DNA of 63,726 nt, filler included, from Choristocarpus tenellus KU-1152 (GCA_964200185.2; 10 parts of 10 records of this genome joined end to end with filler, not necessarily neighbours in it); one strand, 5' to 3'. Shown: positions 25,701-39,419, numbered from the whole stretch's first letter. The notes: generated by a model not told the origin, from the sequence alone. A program made the numbers and translations.

Positions 25701-27901
25701 TATTAACATGTACGTTTAATGCTGGGCGTGTGCCAAACTTAATTTTTGCTATCTGTGTGACAGGGGGTTGATATATTTGTTTGCAGTGGTGCGTCTTACT
25801 GACTCCTTCAATCGTTGTCTTTGTGTCACCTCATCTTTGCTGCGTTTATATGTTGTTAGTGAAGCACATGACAGATGGTCAGGCGGGTGCTTCGCTCCTT
25901 CAACTTGCGGGGGCCAAGTCAGATGGAGCCACTGCTAATGAAGGGTTGAAAAAGGCTTCCAGAACCGGTGACATCTTTGGCTCAAGTTCCCCCTTTGTTC
26001 CCAGCGCCTCAGCCCCCCTTCCTTGTGGCAGTCCAGCTGTTGTTGTTAAGGTTGAGGGTGCAGGATTCAAGCGCAAGTTGATGAGCACGGCAGGCCAGGC
26101 CACAGGTACCGATAGACTTGGCAGAATCCCACTGCACCCCCCAGATCGTACCTCTGGTCTCTTTGTATCAGCAAATCGGTCTCCTCAACCGCCTGGTGTG
26201 ATTCTCCTTCAGGACCAGCACCAGCACCAACAGCAAGAAGACATCTCCCAGCCGCAACATGGTCGGCGCGCTCCGATTGCGATGCCCCCGCTCTCACCAT
26301 CACGTGCTCTCATGGGCGGGGGAGAGCACAGGTCTTCGCTTTCAATGGAACAACATGGTTTCCACCTGCTACCGTCATCCTCAATCCTTGCTGGTCTAGG
26401 GGAGGATTTGTACAAGCGCCCCCGACAGGACTCTCATGAAGATCTCGGGTCCGCCTTCTCTTCTCTCCCGATGTCAGAAGTATCGCTTTCTATCAACCCT
26501 CCCACCCCACGGCAAGACCTGGATTCCACTGGCGTTGGGAGGGAAGTTGGGGCCAACAACCAAATGACAGGGCTTGACATCTCAGGTCTCCCTCGGAGGA
26601 CTGCAGGATTTGGAGGTGGGGATGTACCCTCAAATATTCTTGAGGGTAGCCTCAGAGCGGGGATCAACGCTGCACTGGGATCTATAGGGAGTGAGGGGGA
26701 GGGGGTTCCCTCTCCAGTACAGCAGCAGGGATCTCCTGAGGTAGTGGAGGGAGGTATGCCACTGGTCACTGAGGGTCTACTGTCATTCCTGGGGTCGGAG
26801 CAAACTCCATCTCTGTGGTCTGATATAATGAATCCTTCACAGCTGTCCAATAGCAGCCAGCTTGGGTTCTCTCAAGGTCATACCCTGCAGAACGCCTCAA
26901 GTGAGCCTGTGTATTCATCATTACCATCAAGAGCATCCACAGGACACCAACGGCTGGGTGGTTTAGACATGCAGCGCCGTGCTTCTGCTTTTATTGTCAA
27001 CCCAAGTGCCCTTCCGCCTGTCAAAGCTGAGGTGAAGAGGCGATACTCTGCATTTGCCCCTGGGGGGTCGACTCCTCAACCTCGACTTCCTCATTACTGG
27101 GAGCTCCTGTCGGCCCTTCCCTTCAAATCATCGAACACGTTTGCTGGTGTGAACCCCCCAACCGAGTCTGCTACTAACCTCCTCTTCAGAAAGGATGATC
27201 TTGGTGGGGAGGACATAGTAGACAGCCTGGTGATGGACCCGCAGGGAGATGGTGACCAGTCCCCGCTGCTGAGTGATGTGCCGAGTTTATTGGACCCAAT
27301 GGCAAGCAGTGGGAGTAGCAATGGAGGCAGTGGGAGGGAAGTTACGATACCAACAGGGAACTCCATGGGCATGGATAGTCCCTCTTCCCACCTGTCAGAA
27401 TCTCAGCTCTCACCAGGGATGGAGGCGTTGACAGCAGTAGTACGTCCACCGCTGTTGCGGACTCAGAGTTCCAGGCGGCTCTGGGCCACTGTCCCAGCCA
27501 CCACAGTGTTCGATGATGCTATGAGAGAGCGGTCAATAACACACGCGTCTACACTCTGCTTTGACACGCCAGTGATATCAACCTCTGGAATAGGCATGGG
27601 TACAACATCTAGTTCCCCTTTACAGCAAGCATCAACTACTGGTGGAACAGGGTCTCCGTGGGAATTGCCAATAGGCTCTGCAGAGAGTAGTGAGCAAGGC
27701 TTGTCGCCACAAGTGGCACAGCAAGGGGCAATGAAGACGCAACAGCAACAGCGTGGATATGTACTTATGGGAGGTGGGGTGCAAAATCAGTCCCATGTGG
27801 GAGGAAGCATGCCCCAGTTGACTTCAGCACGGCGAGAATATGTGATTGGGGGGTTTGGTGGGGGACAAGTTGCGGGAGGTGGGGTGCAAAATCAGTCACA
27901 T
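19729..27901 (+). CDS. EsV-1-7 repeat (putative C3H zinc-finger array) protein with long disordered C-terminus; exons 19729-19768, 19923-20269, 21623-21844, 22756-22999, 25860->27901 (3' end lost in gap)
   Basis: All four introns are GT-AG with compatible phases (1,0,0,1). The spliced product has six ~37-aa repeats C-x4-C-x15-C-x2-H followed by an (G)MxDV linker. The last repeat is completed across the final intron (RAKFC|VKH). More than 680 aa of S/P/G/Q-rich sequence follow. Confidence 0.88.
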
Positions 27902-29184
27902 NNNNNNNNNNNNNNNNNNNNNNNNNNNNNNNNNNNNNNNNNNNNTTAATTAATTAANNNNNNNNNNNNNNNNNNNNNNNNNNNNNNNNNNNNNNNNNNN
28001 NCCGTGCACCATTTTGGGTCAAACTCATCCTCCATAGTATGCTCCATCCTCAATTTTGGTGAGAGGCTGTTTCAGGTTGATCATAGCTCGGCAGTACTCT
28101 ACTATACTACACACGATACAGTTCCAGCCATGAATGGTACCTACTTTGCACAAGCACTTACTACTACGTGCAACATGCATAATACCTAGCTTAGTTGGTG
28201 GCCGCCCAAAAAAGGTCTATTATTAAAACTCTCGTATACATGTATGGACGTATGACCCTGATTTTTCACACCCTGCTGTTGATGGATGTGAGGATAGTAC
28301 ATGGGTGATCAACAGTCAAATATAACAGTAGTCAGACTAGACAGAATAGGGGCGACACACACACATATGACAAATGTACTGTGATTGTGGAAACTTTAAG
28401 GCAGCAAGAACCTAAAGTTGTGTTGTGTTTGTAAGTGGGGAAACTTGAATATCTGCACATTTCCAACTTCTTCACCTCTTCAAGCAGTTCCGTTCCAATA
28501 AAGGGGCAGCCTGATCACAAAATAATGCTTTCCAACAACTGTCTGTACATGACTGCCATTGCCTTCCCCAAACATTTGTGTAATATCCATTCAGGATAAT
28601 CTCTTACTGGAGGGCCATCTCTTGGTTGCAATATCAGGATTACACACCACACAATACAAACACATGACCCAAGAGGTCCGTTTCTCCAACAAACCTACTT
28701 CTGGGTCCACTCCTCAAAAGGGATGGTATGATGGAACAATTCCAAAGGTCAAAAGTAGTCCAACAAACGAATGACAAAAGTTATCAAAAAAAGGTACTGC
28801 AACTGTGCTGATAATCAATGGGATCAGATTGTCTCAACATGAGGTGACCCACCTCAAAGGTTGTATCATGGAACAAAAGCAAATCCTGCGCCGATAGTAT
28901 AGCCATCACGATCACCTGGATCTAACCGGGTATATTTACCCAGTATTTAACCCCAAGGTTTTCTATATCCTCTTTACTTCATAACGGCCCCAAGAACACT
29001 CTGTCGCCCAGGGAGCCTTAGCTTTTTGTATCCATGAAGGATCTCGCTTGATCAAAGCAATGACTGAGAAAGACGTACAACTCTAACATATTGGCTCTGC
29101 CTGCCTACGTGCCTTCCCCCACTTCCCTCTCCCCCCCGGATGAAAAGAGCTCAACCCAGTCAATACTGCAGAATCTCATCACTA

Positions 29185-30938
29185 CTAGGACAGAGTTGAG
29201 CTCTTACCACCCTTTTTCCTCTTCTTTGGGCGGGCTATTGCCTCCGGGCTGCTGTACTTGGCCTCCAGGTTCTTCCTCTTGAGCTTGAGCTTTTCCACTT
29301 CCTCTCTCCTCTTGCCCAGTCCATGCTGCATGCGACTGTATAGCCGCTTCGACTTTTTCGACATCATAAGCTGCCGGATCCGGTTTTGGCAGAGTAGGAA
29401 AAATATCCAATGCAATCACACATATTATGGTCAGCCAATGCACCACCAGGTAAAAAAAACCCGTTCTAGTTTGGTATGTAAAACAGTAACATAATTTTAC
29501 TTGTTGACATAGAACACTGTATCTAAGACTAATACAAAACTGTACAACAATGTCAAGAACACAGCTTGATTGTTGTAGATGAACGCAGGAGGATGCCACA
29601 TATTTCACATAAAACGTCACAGATGGCATCAGAGAGGCACTTCACGTCTTAGGACAAAGCACACAGATAGGATACTTGCCGGTGCTTTTGTAGTGGACGT
29701 GGTTAGTACTTAGTACCAAACCATCATCTCTTCAACCGATTCTGAAACCAGACCTCACGATAGCCGATGCAGAACAGGGAAATACGACTCAAAACGAGCA
29801 TCTTTCCCTAACACTAAAATCCTATGCCAACTACAGGAAACACCTCAGCTCAACTCAAACAAAGTGTAATGAGAAAAAAAAACTGAACTATTTCCTGGCT
29901 GTCACTTATCACACTCACTTAACCCCTATGTTCCCTCTCCCTCCCCACAGCAAGCCCTGAAGTTCATCAGCGATACTACTTCAGCAATATACAGGAGACA
30001 GGTTACCAGAGTGAACTCTACATATCACCCAATTGCATCAATCAACCACAATTTCAACTCAATAAATCAACATCGATAGACAGCACATTTATGACCCAAA
30101 TCTTTCAATTCATAATATGGACTCCAGGAATGAAGTACGTTCAGAATAAACCCTAACCCTAACATTTACCGCTACCATCTGAGTTCCAACTACATTCCTG
30201 ATCACTGAACTTGAAGAGACCTTACCCATTGACTCCATCAATAGTGCTGCCATGAAAAGGGAGGGTTAACCCACCTTTCCGCCACGGTCTAACTATTCAG
30301 GTAAACCACCCGAGATTCATGCAATATCACTGCAAAAGAACAAAAACTTTGTCCTTGCACTGGTCGTTTTTTTCCTTTACCAACTTAGAAACACAATCTC
30401 CCACTCTTGCTTCCCTGTTGTCAGGTTTTCATTTCTAGGAATGTTTTCTGTAAGATTTCAGAACAAACTTACTACCTCTCACCCCCCTACCATTTTACTA
30501 AAAATACAAGCCATTGTCGACGCCAAACTACTGAAAAAAAAAGTGAAAAAAAGAAAAACATGACCAAACAAACAACATAAATGTTCAAGTGTTCCCTACA
30601 TGGAATAAGCCCCTCTCCCACACTGAGTGCAAGAAACATATCGACCTCACAATTGAAAAGTGTTCTTCCCCACTTCTTTAGCTCTCGTCCCCACCAAGCC
30701 TACCAACCCCTTCGTTTCATACCTTGGATAACTCGTGATGCTCCTCCTTCTCTGTCTGTTTCTTGGGCTCACCAACAGCCTCAGATGCACCATCAGCTCC
30801 TCCCTCTCCCTCTCCCTCCTCCTCTTCATTCTCACCATTGTCATCCCCATCCCCCTCCTCCCCCTCAACATCGTCACTATCCTCATCTCCATCTCCATCC
30901 CCATCCCCATCCTCATCCCCCTCCCCCTCCTCCACCTC
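29185..30938 (-). CDS. PES1: Pescadillo/NOP7 (PeBoW ribosome biogenesis factor), last two exons: <30938-30723 and 29370-29185
   Basis: An acidic E/D/G-rich exon ending EEHHELSK|GT splices in phase 0 to LMMSKKSKRLYSRMQHGLGKRREEVEKLKLKRK..., the typical pescadillo C-terminal MMSxKxxRLYxxMQxG motif. Confidence 0.8.
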
Positions 30939-31038
30939 NNNNNNNNNNNNNNNNNNNNNNNNNNNNNNNNNNNNNNNNNNNNTTAATTAATTAANNNNNN
31001 NNNNNNNNNNNNNNNNNNNNNNNNNNNNNNNNNNNNNN

Positions 31039-31111
31039 ATCAAAATCACAACATTGTATTTTGACCCCCAAATGGACGCGGCTCTACCCTAACCCTAAGA
31101 TAGTTTGGCTC
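31039..31111. mobile_element. End of MITE family A (contig start)
   Basis: ...CCCCAAATGGACGCGGCTCTACCCTAACCCTAAGATAGTTTGGCTC matches the family A terminus. Confidence 0.75.
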
Positions 31112-34100
31112 GTTCACTCAATGCGACATGTTTCTGTTCTGAAGCTCAAAATAGTCTTGTTCAATTAAAAGAGCCCATCATGAGAAGAGGACAGAACGGG
31201 AACAATCCAAACCAAGCCCTTAGAACTCTATTTCAGGTTTCAGGCATCGTTAGTTACATGCATGAGCACGTATTTATTGGTTCTTAGGCTCCAGAGCAGA
31301 TGTAGATTCACAATAGTGCTGAACGTAGCCCAGAAGCAGGTTGAGTACTCCCTACCTACTAGACATTTTTCTGTCTCCTTTTGTCAGTAAAAGTATAGAA
31401 ATTGTGTGTTTTCACAGGTATTAGGGGTGAGACCCTGATCGTGTACATCTAAAGCCTATTTACAAATGCCTTTCTTCTATTGAAGAATAGATGTATATGC
31501 TCTATAATAGATGTACTTTGCTTCAGGGAAAGACACTGTATGGTGGATCATACCTTGGGTGCAAGGATATTGAATGAAGAGAACAGATAAGACTGCAGAA
31601 TGCTATCAATACCAAGTCGTGAAAGAATGAAATGTGTATATATTGATTGGACTAGATAGAGTGAAACATATATATGCATTTGTACAATATAGAGATATTG
31701 ATATAAATTCTAACAGCACAAGTCCGAGAAGCATTCTCATTACCCAATAATACTGACTTATCGCTTGATTAGGGTAGAACAAACAGGACACACGGAGGAA
31801 AGGAAGCAAGAGATTGATCGAATGACATGGCAGTTACATTTGCAAAGTAAAAAACATTTTGTAGACAGCAATGAAAAGAATTGTAGCCTTTGAGACCAGC
31901 ATGCATTGATGCATCCATCCATTCAGAAATAGATTCAACTTATTTGGTTTTCTTATTACTAGATGGAGGCTGAATTATCGTTTGCGCTATAGCTCTGCAA
32001 GTACTTCAAACTATATCCCAACACAGTGATGTGATACCTATATCAGTTGCTACCAGTATGGCCCTTCTTTTTCAGAACTGAAGATACTGAAGAGAAAACA
32101 TAGAGGTTTTGCGTGTAATTGCTAAAACGCATGTACCCAACAACTAGCAGGGATGGCGTTTTAGAATACATGTATATTTCATGGACTCCAAGGCACGACT
32201 GACTGGAAATCCAACATAGGTGGTGAGTGTGGCCGGATGGTCTTAGAATCTGTCCTGATTGTGAGGGTGAGAACGACCTAACCAATCAAAATATTTGGTA
32301 AAGACCTTCCCTTGCAGTCTTGACTTTGGTTTATCATTTGAAGGAAATGACAGAATGCAGTAATTGGCCCAGGGGGATTGTGGGTGATCTTAATACAAAA
32401 TCAAGGGAGTAGGGTCTCCAGACGATCAACACTAAGTGATGCACACATTACAGGTAGATTATATGCCTAGAGGCAGTCTGCTTCGTGACAGGAAACCAAC
32501 TACTTTGAAGGGGGAAAACAATCGCTTGGATTTCATGGAGTCTTTGGGAAGTGTCAGCCTAAAATAGTTTACATACAGAGGATATGTACAATCAGAGTGG
32601 CTCTCGCAATGCACTGTGATGTAAAGCATCATCATACAAGTAGCATCGTAGACCTCTAAAAGAGTTCTTCCTAATTGTAGTGAATCTGTCATGGTCTCAA
32701 TGAACCCTCGTTGAACTGACCTTATACCCACTTTTTCTAACAACAATCGTCATCGATAAATGTAGCACAAATATAACAGATTCCCTCTGGCTAGTGTTTC
32801 ATCAGGAAGCTCTTTTTGTTTTGTCGTACAACTCTATTGTAGTCCATTACGACAACCTTTGACCCAACCAAGCTATAGTTCTGCATTCGGTACAATGGAG
32901 TTAAGCCCCGTCTGGTCGATGAAGGTGGTGCTGGTTTCCAGCAAAGAAATGAACGACTAACAGACATTTACAATCCCTCCTTTGTTTCAACAAGCGTGGA
33001 ACTGTTTTGGACTGTGCGTTTGGTCAGAAAGCCGTCGCCCGTCAGTTTCTTTCGGTGAAGTGGTCTCTTACCGTTAATGGTTACGTCCGTGAAACAAGAG
33101 TTAGACTGGCGTGGAGCGGAGCTCTACTGTAGATCTCAACGCTGTCATATAGGTAGGTTTCTCAAGATGAGGAAGAAAGTATTTCATGTTATGTTAATGT
33201 GGGTTCGCTTGGAAATGCGTAGTAGACAACAACAACCGCCGTAGCTCCAACCACCATCTAGCAACCCACACTCCATAACGATGGGTTTATAGCCCCTACA
33301 GTGGTACGACAAAGAGTTTGTCTGTGATGGGTTCTGTTCAATACTAATTCATGCTCTTATCGGTTAGGGATATCATCGCTCTCTTGTACTCACCATCTCG
33401 TCGGCGCTCGGATGCTTGCTTCCTCTTCTTGGTTGAACACCGTTTCGATGACGAGCGTACTCCGTACCTATTTGAAGGAAGGAAGGGGTAAATTAATTGA
33501 ATTTGCCAGAAATCATCAGCTTTACGACGTTTTCGTAAGAAAGGCTAAGTAGAGGTCGACATTTGCTCGGCCAGGTGTTACTGCTACTTCTCTCAAAGAA
33601 GGGATAATACCGAAGAAACAAGCCGTCCTCATTCCCCCTGAGAAAGTTCTCTATACTGATCTATCTGGTGAGGCCATCGTGAGGAGTGGAAGAGGCAGGA
33701 GGCTCCTCAAACGAAACAGGATCAAAACTCGGTTTCGAGCTCCCAGCGTTGACTTCACTTACTTGACTGTATGTAATCTACCAGTTTTGGGCCATTTTGC
33801 AACAAGGGACGGCTATAGATATTTGAAAAATTGCTCACCAAGGAGACCGCCTGTTGCCGATGATATCCTCTCCAGGTCCATGTGTGGAATGCTTTGTTTT
33901 GTTGATGTCATAGAATTGTGTGTTGTACTGTGATAATTGAACTACATACACTCTACTTGTGTGTAGACTAGTAAATGAAACGCATACAACCGTAACTGTT
34001 CGTTACAGATTGATACTGCTAATTCTGTGTCATTGGAATAATATAAATAATGGAGTAAATTGGATGGTAGAAAATTTAATTGGCGATAGGTAGAATTTTA

Positions 34101-36226
34101 CATGGAGAGTAGTGCGTACTTGTGAGAGCGTATGTATGTACTCGTATGATGTACAGATGCGTATCTCAGTGGTAGCCCAAGATTGTCTGGCTACTTGCTA
34201 TTCCAGAGTATGTTCTTAGAACTGTTCTACCCCTCACGACATGGGCATGTATATCTCCACCAGTATGTAACATCCACCCTACCTACCTCTTAACAGGAGA
34301 AGGCTTCTACACCGAAGACAAAGAGAGGACTCTCCACCTCTCTTGAGCAAGTCGAGCTTTAATGCACCAAGCCCATCCATTTGGGAACAGATACACATTT
34401 GGTGTATAAATATATCTTGTGTAGATCGGTGAAACATACGCACATGTCCAACTACACCTAGGAATACGGCTCAATTACACACAGACCATAACGTAAAAAA
34501 AATAGAGAAGTGAATTAGGAATAAGAGAAGAGTAGAAAAAGTATGTTGCAAGGGTGACCTTCTTTGTTTTAAATCTTAGAAGAGAAATAAGGCTTCTTCC
34601 CTACCTGCGAGACTCTATTTTTGTCTTTTCTCATCACTTTTTCCCACAGGACTTAGCGGTGTTTATGACACATCATTAACGACATCCTGTCCCAGTAGCT
34701 GGATGCTACCTCCCTCACACTCCAGATTCCTCCACAACACAGCACATTCATCCAGGACAATTTACATGTTCGAGAATCCCTGTGTCAAGATGATGTTTTA
34801 GGCGAAGATGTACTAGATTAGGGGTGTGTACAACACCAGCATCAATATTTGGTCTCTACGCAAGACTGATGCACAAGGACAAGGGTGGGGGTGATGCCTG
34901 ACCACCCTGTACACACATATGTATTGATTCAATTCCCCTCGTATATCTACTCTATACAACACAATATAGAACAATACCCATGGGATAACGAGACGCATCT
35001 TTGGTATACTGGCATATCAGTCAATACCGGTAGTGCATTGCTGTTACTTGTGTGGTTAGCTCCTCCAACCTCTACCAACAGCTCTATCTGTGGTGTCCAT
35101 GTGTGTCCCAGCACCTATCACTAATACCACATTCCTGCACAACAGTCCACATTCATCCAAGAACGCCCCCCAATAATCCACTCCCATACCATACCTTTGA
35201 ACTAGAAGACATCTACCCCGCCTGAGCTTGACCTCGTCATTGAATTAATGCTCTATGTAGTTCCTAGGCACTATCTCTTGCCCGAGTTGCCTCCCTTCCT
35301 TACTTACTACTCACTTGTACAGCGCTTGACAACCACCCTCATTCCCACTGGTTAGCTCTCACGTAGGCCATGAAAGGCTGCTAACTTGGATCTCCACTAC
35401 CTGTCCAAGGGATTCAAGTATCCAAACTGTCGCCATCCTTGTTGCACGCCCCATCCCGCTTTGAGTAGGCCATGCTTCTCTGGCCAAAGTCTGGGCTCTC
35501 TTGCCATTCTTCAAATATGTGGGTGTTGCCTGGTTTATTGTCAACACCACAAAGAAGAGAAGGGATGAGAGGGAGTGGACAGACAGAAAGGGTTAGATAT
35601 TTTGGCTCAGATCCTTCTCGGTGTGTGGAGAGAGAGAGCACCACAAGAAGCGCGACTGGTCAAGTGTAAGCGCCGTGCAGCCATCCCCACATTTGCACAT
35701 CCAATACCTCATCACCAACGGTCCAACAACACCGTAGTAACCCCTGCCTTTGCATACTGAGCTTGAATTGACGTCTTATGCATGTGCAATGCTATCAACC
35801 TTATGACATACACCATTAACCAACAGACCCACTCCCACTCCCATGTTCTTCTGTCCTGATCATGTCACCTTATCCTCCACACACCCAATGTGTCGAATAA
35901 CCTAGTGTTATCCTTACGTTGTTTGTGCTGACACAAGTATGTAACATAGGTTAATCGTACGTTTATAATTGGTTAGGTAAGATGCAAAGTACGTACGTAT
36001 ATAAAATATAATAAGTCAACATTAATCCACACGTCAGTGATGATGGATGCTTGACGGGCAATTAATAATTCAGTGTGTGCTTTACCATGTAATACAACTG
36101 CTAGCTTCCGCCGGCGATGAGCCTTACGTGCGCCAAGCTTCTCAACACGCTTTAGCATCTAATCCAAACTCTAGCTAGGGGAGGCGCAGCCGGACTGGTT
36201 TGTTTTGAATTCGGATAGCACCACTC

Positions 36227-36517
36227 ATGGCCGGAGATGGGACCCACACCAAACTCCTTCACCTTTCGGATGACAATTATGCAGACTGGTTTTCTACAAC
36301 GCGTGCATTTTTGGTGGCTAAAGGGGATATTGATGAGGCAGTGCAGTATAGGAGGGTACCCATCAGAGTAGGTGACATTGAATTCATTAAGGGCGAAGAT
36401 GTCAGTGAAGATGAAGTCACCAAGGCCAAGAAGGCATATGACGTCCTGCTGAGGAGCACCAGCGGAATTTACTGGTGTATAGTCCGGAATGCTGCCTCTC
36501 ACCTTCAGGAGCCTGGA
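36227..36517 (+). mobile_element. Ty1/copia gag N-terminus (truncated by gap)
   Basis: LSDDNYADWFSTTRAFLVAKG matches the copia gag LxxxNYxxWxxxMxAxLxxxG start, followed by KAYDVLLRS. Confidence 0.7.
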
Positions 36518-36617
36518 NNNNNNNNNNNNNNNNNNNNNNNNNNNNNNNNNNNNNNNNNNNNTTAATTAATTAANNNNNNNNNNNNNNNNNNNNNNNNNNN
36601 NNNNNNNNNNNNNNNNN

Positions 36618-36815
36618 GTGTTACATGCAGTACAGTAGAGTACAGTGTAGAACTACTGACAGTTAACATGGTACACTTTGTTGAATATGGTGTTACATGC
36701 AGTACAGTAGAGTACAGTGTAGAACTACTGACAGTTAACATGGCACACTTTGTTGAATATGGTGTTACAGGCAGTACAGTGTAGAACTACTGACAGTTAG
36801 CATGGCACGCTTTGT
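36618..36815 (+). repeat. 72-bp tandem repeat, about 2.7 visible copies (continues into gap)
   Basis: Unit GTGTTACATGCAGTACAGTAGAGTACAGTGTAGAACTACTGACAGTTAACATGGYACACTTTGTTGAATATG starts at 36618, 36690 and 36762. The third copy has a 10-bp deletion. Confidence 0.9.
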
Positions 36816-37617
36816 ACAGTTTGCATACCTGCAGTGGGTACAGGAAGGTAAAGTACAACACAGTGTTACCTTCAGTCAGGACACAGCACCATGATGTACT
36901 ACTAACAAAGACAGTTGCCTACCATACAAACCAGCAATACCAGTACTTACACTCAAACTGCACAATTTAATCAAAGTTGAAGATCTCACTAAAGGAACAT
37001 CACAGACTGCACACCACCGAGGACTTGGTCAAAACCAGATAACCCATGGGCTTCTGGGCACGCTCTCCTACAAATAAGACTTGACACCTTGGACTGACTT
37101 CTCCTCAACAAGACAGAATCCAAAGTTGGACCAAAGCACTCAACAAACCACATTTTTCACTTAACGGGATACAGATTTGACTACAATCCAGTATGTACAA
37201 TCCAACATGTTCAGAATTGACCTTTCTCATTAACCCAAGGATACATCGGACCAACAGTAGAACATACCAGCCCAGAAGCAATAAAAGGATAAATGTACCT
37301 CATCAGGGCAGACCCGAATAAAACACTACTCTCTACTCCATTTTCTTGGGGGGGGGGGGAAACGAAATTTTGATCTACTAGGCCAGTCCCAGCAGTCAAA
37401 GAGATAGATTGTTTTGACCTACATGATTTTCTCCTTTGATCATATTTCTATATTTCCTCTTCTTACATGTACAACACATACATTCAAAAAGAACATTCCT
37501 GAACAGAATGATGAGGGAAAAGAGAAATTTCTTGAATAGATAGGATGTATTAGAGATGACATTGAATTGCATCATATATGGAAAAACAACACATGCTACA
37601 CAGGTAAAAATAAAATA

Positions 37618-37787
37618 ATCAAGATATAATAGTAAAATATAATAGTCTAGACATAATAGTCAAATACACTAGTCAAAATTTAATAGTCAAGATATAATAG
37701 TCAAAATATAATAGTCAGAATATACTAGTCAAAATATACTAGCTAGAATATACTATTCAGAATATACTAGTCAAAATATACTACTAC
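37618..37787 (+). repeat. 14-bp AT-rich minisatellite (TAGTCAAAATATAC-like), about 12 copies
   Basis: Direct reading of the period-14 array. Confidence 0.85.
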
Positions 37788-38686
37788 AAAAATACATATA
37801 TTGAGGTCGTTCCTTTTTTCAACCTATAAATACAAAAAAAAGTTTACAAAAAATAATGAATACGGGTATTCGGTGCAAACTTTCTTGGCCTACATGCAAC
37901 TGATCATATCTTTGCATAGATATTTTTCTTTATTTTGAAGGATTTTTTTTTCACTTTCTGCTTGATTTTTTAATGCATATATTTCTAGTGTAATAATAAA
38001 TAATTGAAACCCAAAAGAACTCAGTGTGTATTGTCTTCTTCTGATTAAAATTTTTCAACCGCAGGTCTGGGACCACTCAGGCTAACGTCAATAAGGAAAA
38101 TGAAAACAGGAATACAAAAAAAATTAAATAGAAAAGATAGTAAAAATAAAAAAAACCTTTTTCTAACTATCATGGACATGCAATATGTGCTCCTAATCAC
38201 ATCAAACTCCCAATAAAAAAACAAATCATTTTGATGCCCATTTTTTTATATTTCTAAATTTTGGTGCACGTTGGCTCTTGTCCCCTCCCAGGACAACATA
38301 AAAAATCGCCAAAAACATTCCCCTTCTTCAGCTTCGCTTCCAACACTTACTGTCTTTCCACACCCTTGCAAAACATTCAAACTCATGTTGAAGGGGGGAA
38401 CTGCATCACTACATGATGAAAAAAATCCGTATTTTTTATAAGCTGCATGTTTGAAGTAAAAATATCTCATACACATATATTTGTATAAGCTGAATATTCC
38501 AACTAAAAATAAAAAAATTTAGTATATTTTTTAAAGTTATATATTTGAAGAGAAAAAAGTACTTTGTATATACATTTTAATTTAAAATTAAAAAATTGTG
38601 CCAAAATGCACACAGCAAATGGCTTACCCTCACGTGTATACTTTGTTCCTACACCAAATAAAAAATCAGAATGAAAAGAGTCACCA

Positions 38687-38721
<35 letters not shown>

Positions 38722-39419
38722 GTATATATAATCCAAGAAAAATCCCACCCACAATCACCATTTTTCAAAACCAAATTTTCTTATCCTGGAGGGGCCAACC
38801 TTCTCAACATTCAACCTTGAATCGTTGATGTCCATGGATGCCCATCATTCACATACCACACACCATCCAGTGACTTAAGGAAACCAGAACCAGAGTACAA
38901 AGCGCAGCGGGAACTCCGGACCGCGGAGTTTCGAACCAACCGGTCCAGTCGGACCAACCTTAGACCCAGTCCATCAAGTACTGAGACCCGGTCCAGTCCT
39001 CACAAACTGTATCTTACCTATGCCAGCTCGCGGTCCAGCCCCACTAAAATTCTTACACCTCCATTTCTTACTTGAAATATATATGCAACTATGTATGCAT
39101 GTATAAAAAACATTCAAATTAAGAAAAAACAAAACACATGCAGTAGAGAGTGGGTAGCTACAAAAGGTATCGGACTCTATCCGACGGCAAGAACAACCCA
39201 AAAAATACACAAAAAAAAGAGAAAATATGTACCACACACAAATCAAAGATTCGAATCAATAAGACCAGACTACACACGGATTCGGCTGATTATAAAACCT
39301 TGAAAAAAAATCAACAGCACATCAATTAAAAAAAAGTAGATCTTCCATTATAAGTTTCATAATCAGTCCCTCCTTTTCTGTCATCTACTCTTACTGTCCC
39401 AGCACCACCCCACTCTCAC

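Noticed and set aside
25781-25859. Hydrophobic N-terminus of the 722-aa ORF as a signal peptide
   Set aside because: This is the intron's pyrimidine-rich 3' end. The exon starts at 25860 and completes the sixth EsV-1-7 repeat.
4860-27901. FNIP and EsV-1-7 genes as a linked endogenous giant-virus cluster
   Set aside because: They lie on different contigs separated by a linker, the EsV-1-7 gene has host-type introns, and no viral core genes were recognised.
30581-30994. Pro/His/Ser-rich plus-strand ORFs
   Set aside because: They are antisense to the acidic PES1 exon.
35359-35550. Possible additional RLE-LINE endonuclease remnant on the minus strand
   Set aside because: The resemblance (ATPTYLKNG...ILESLGQ) is too weak to call without a search.
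36618-36815. CRISPR-like array
   Set aside because: The units are contiguous near-identical 72-mers with no unique spacers, there are no cas genes, and the context is eukaryotic.
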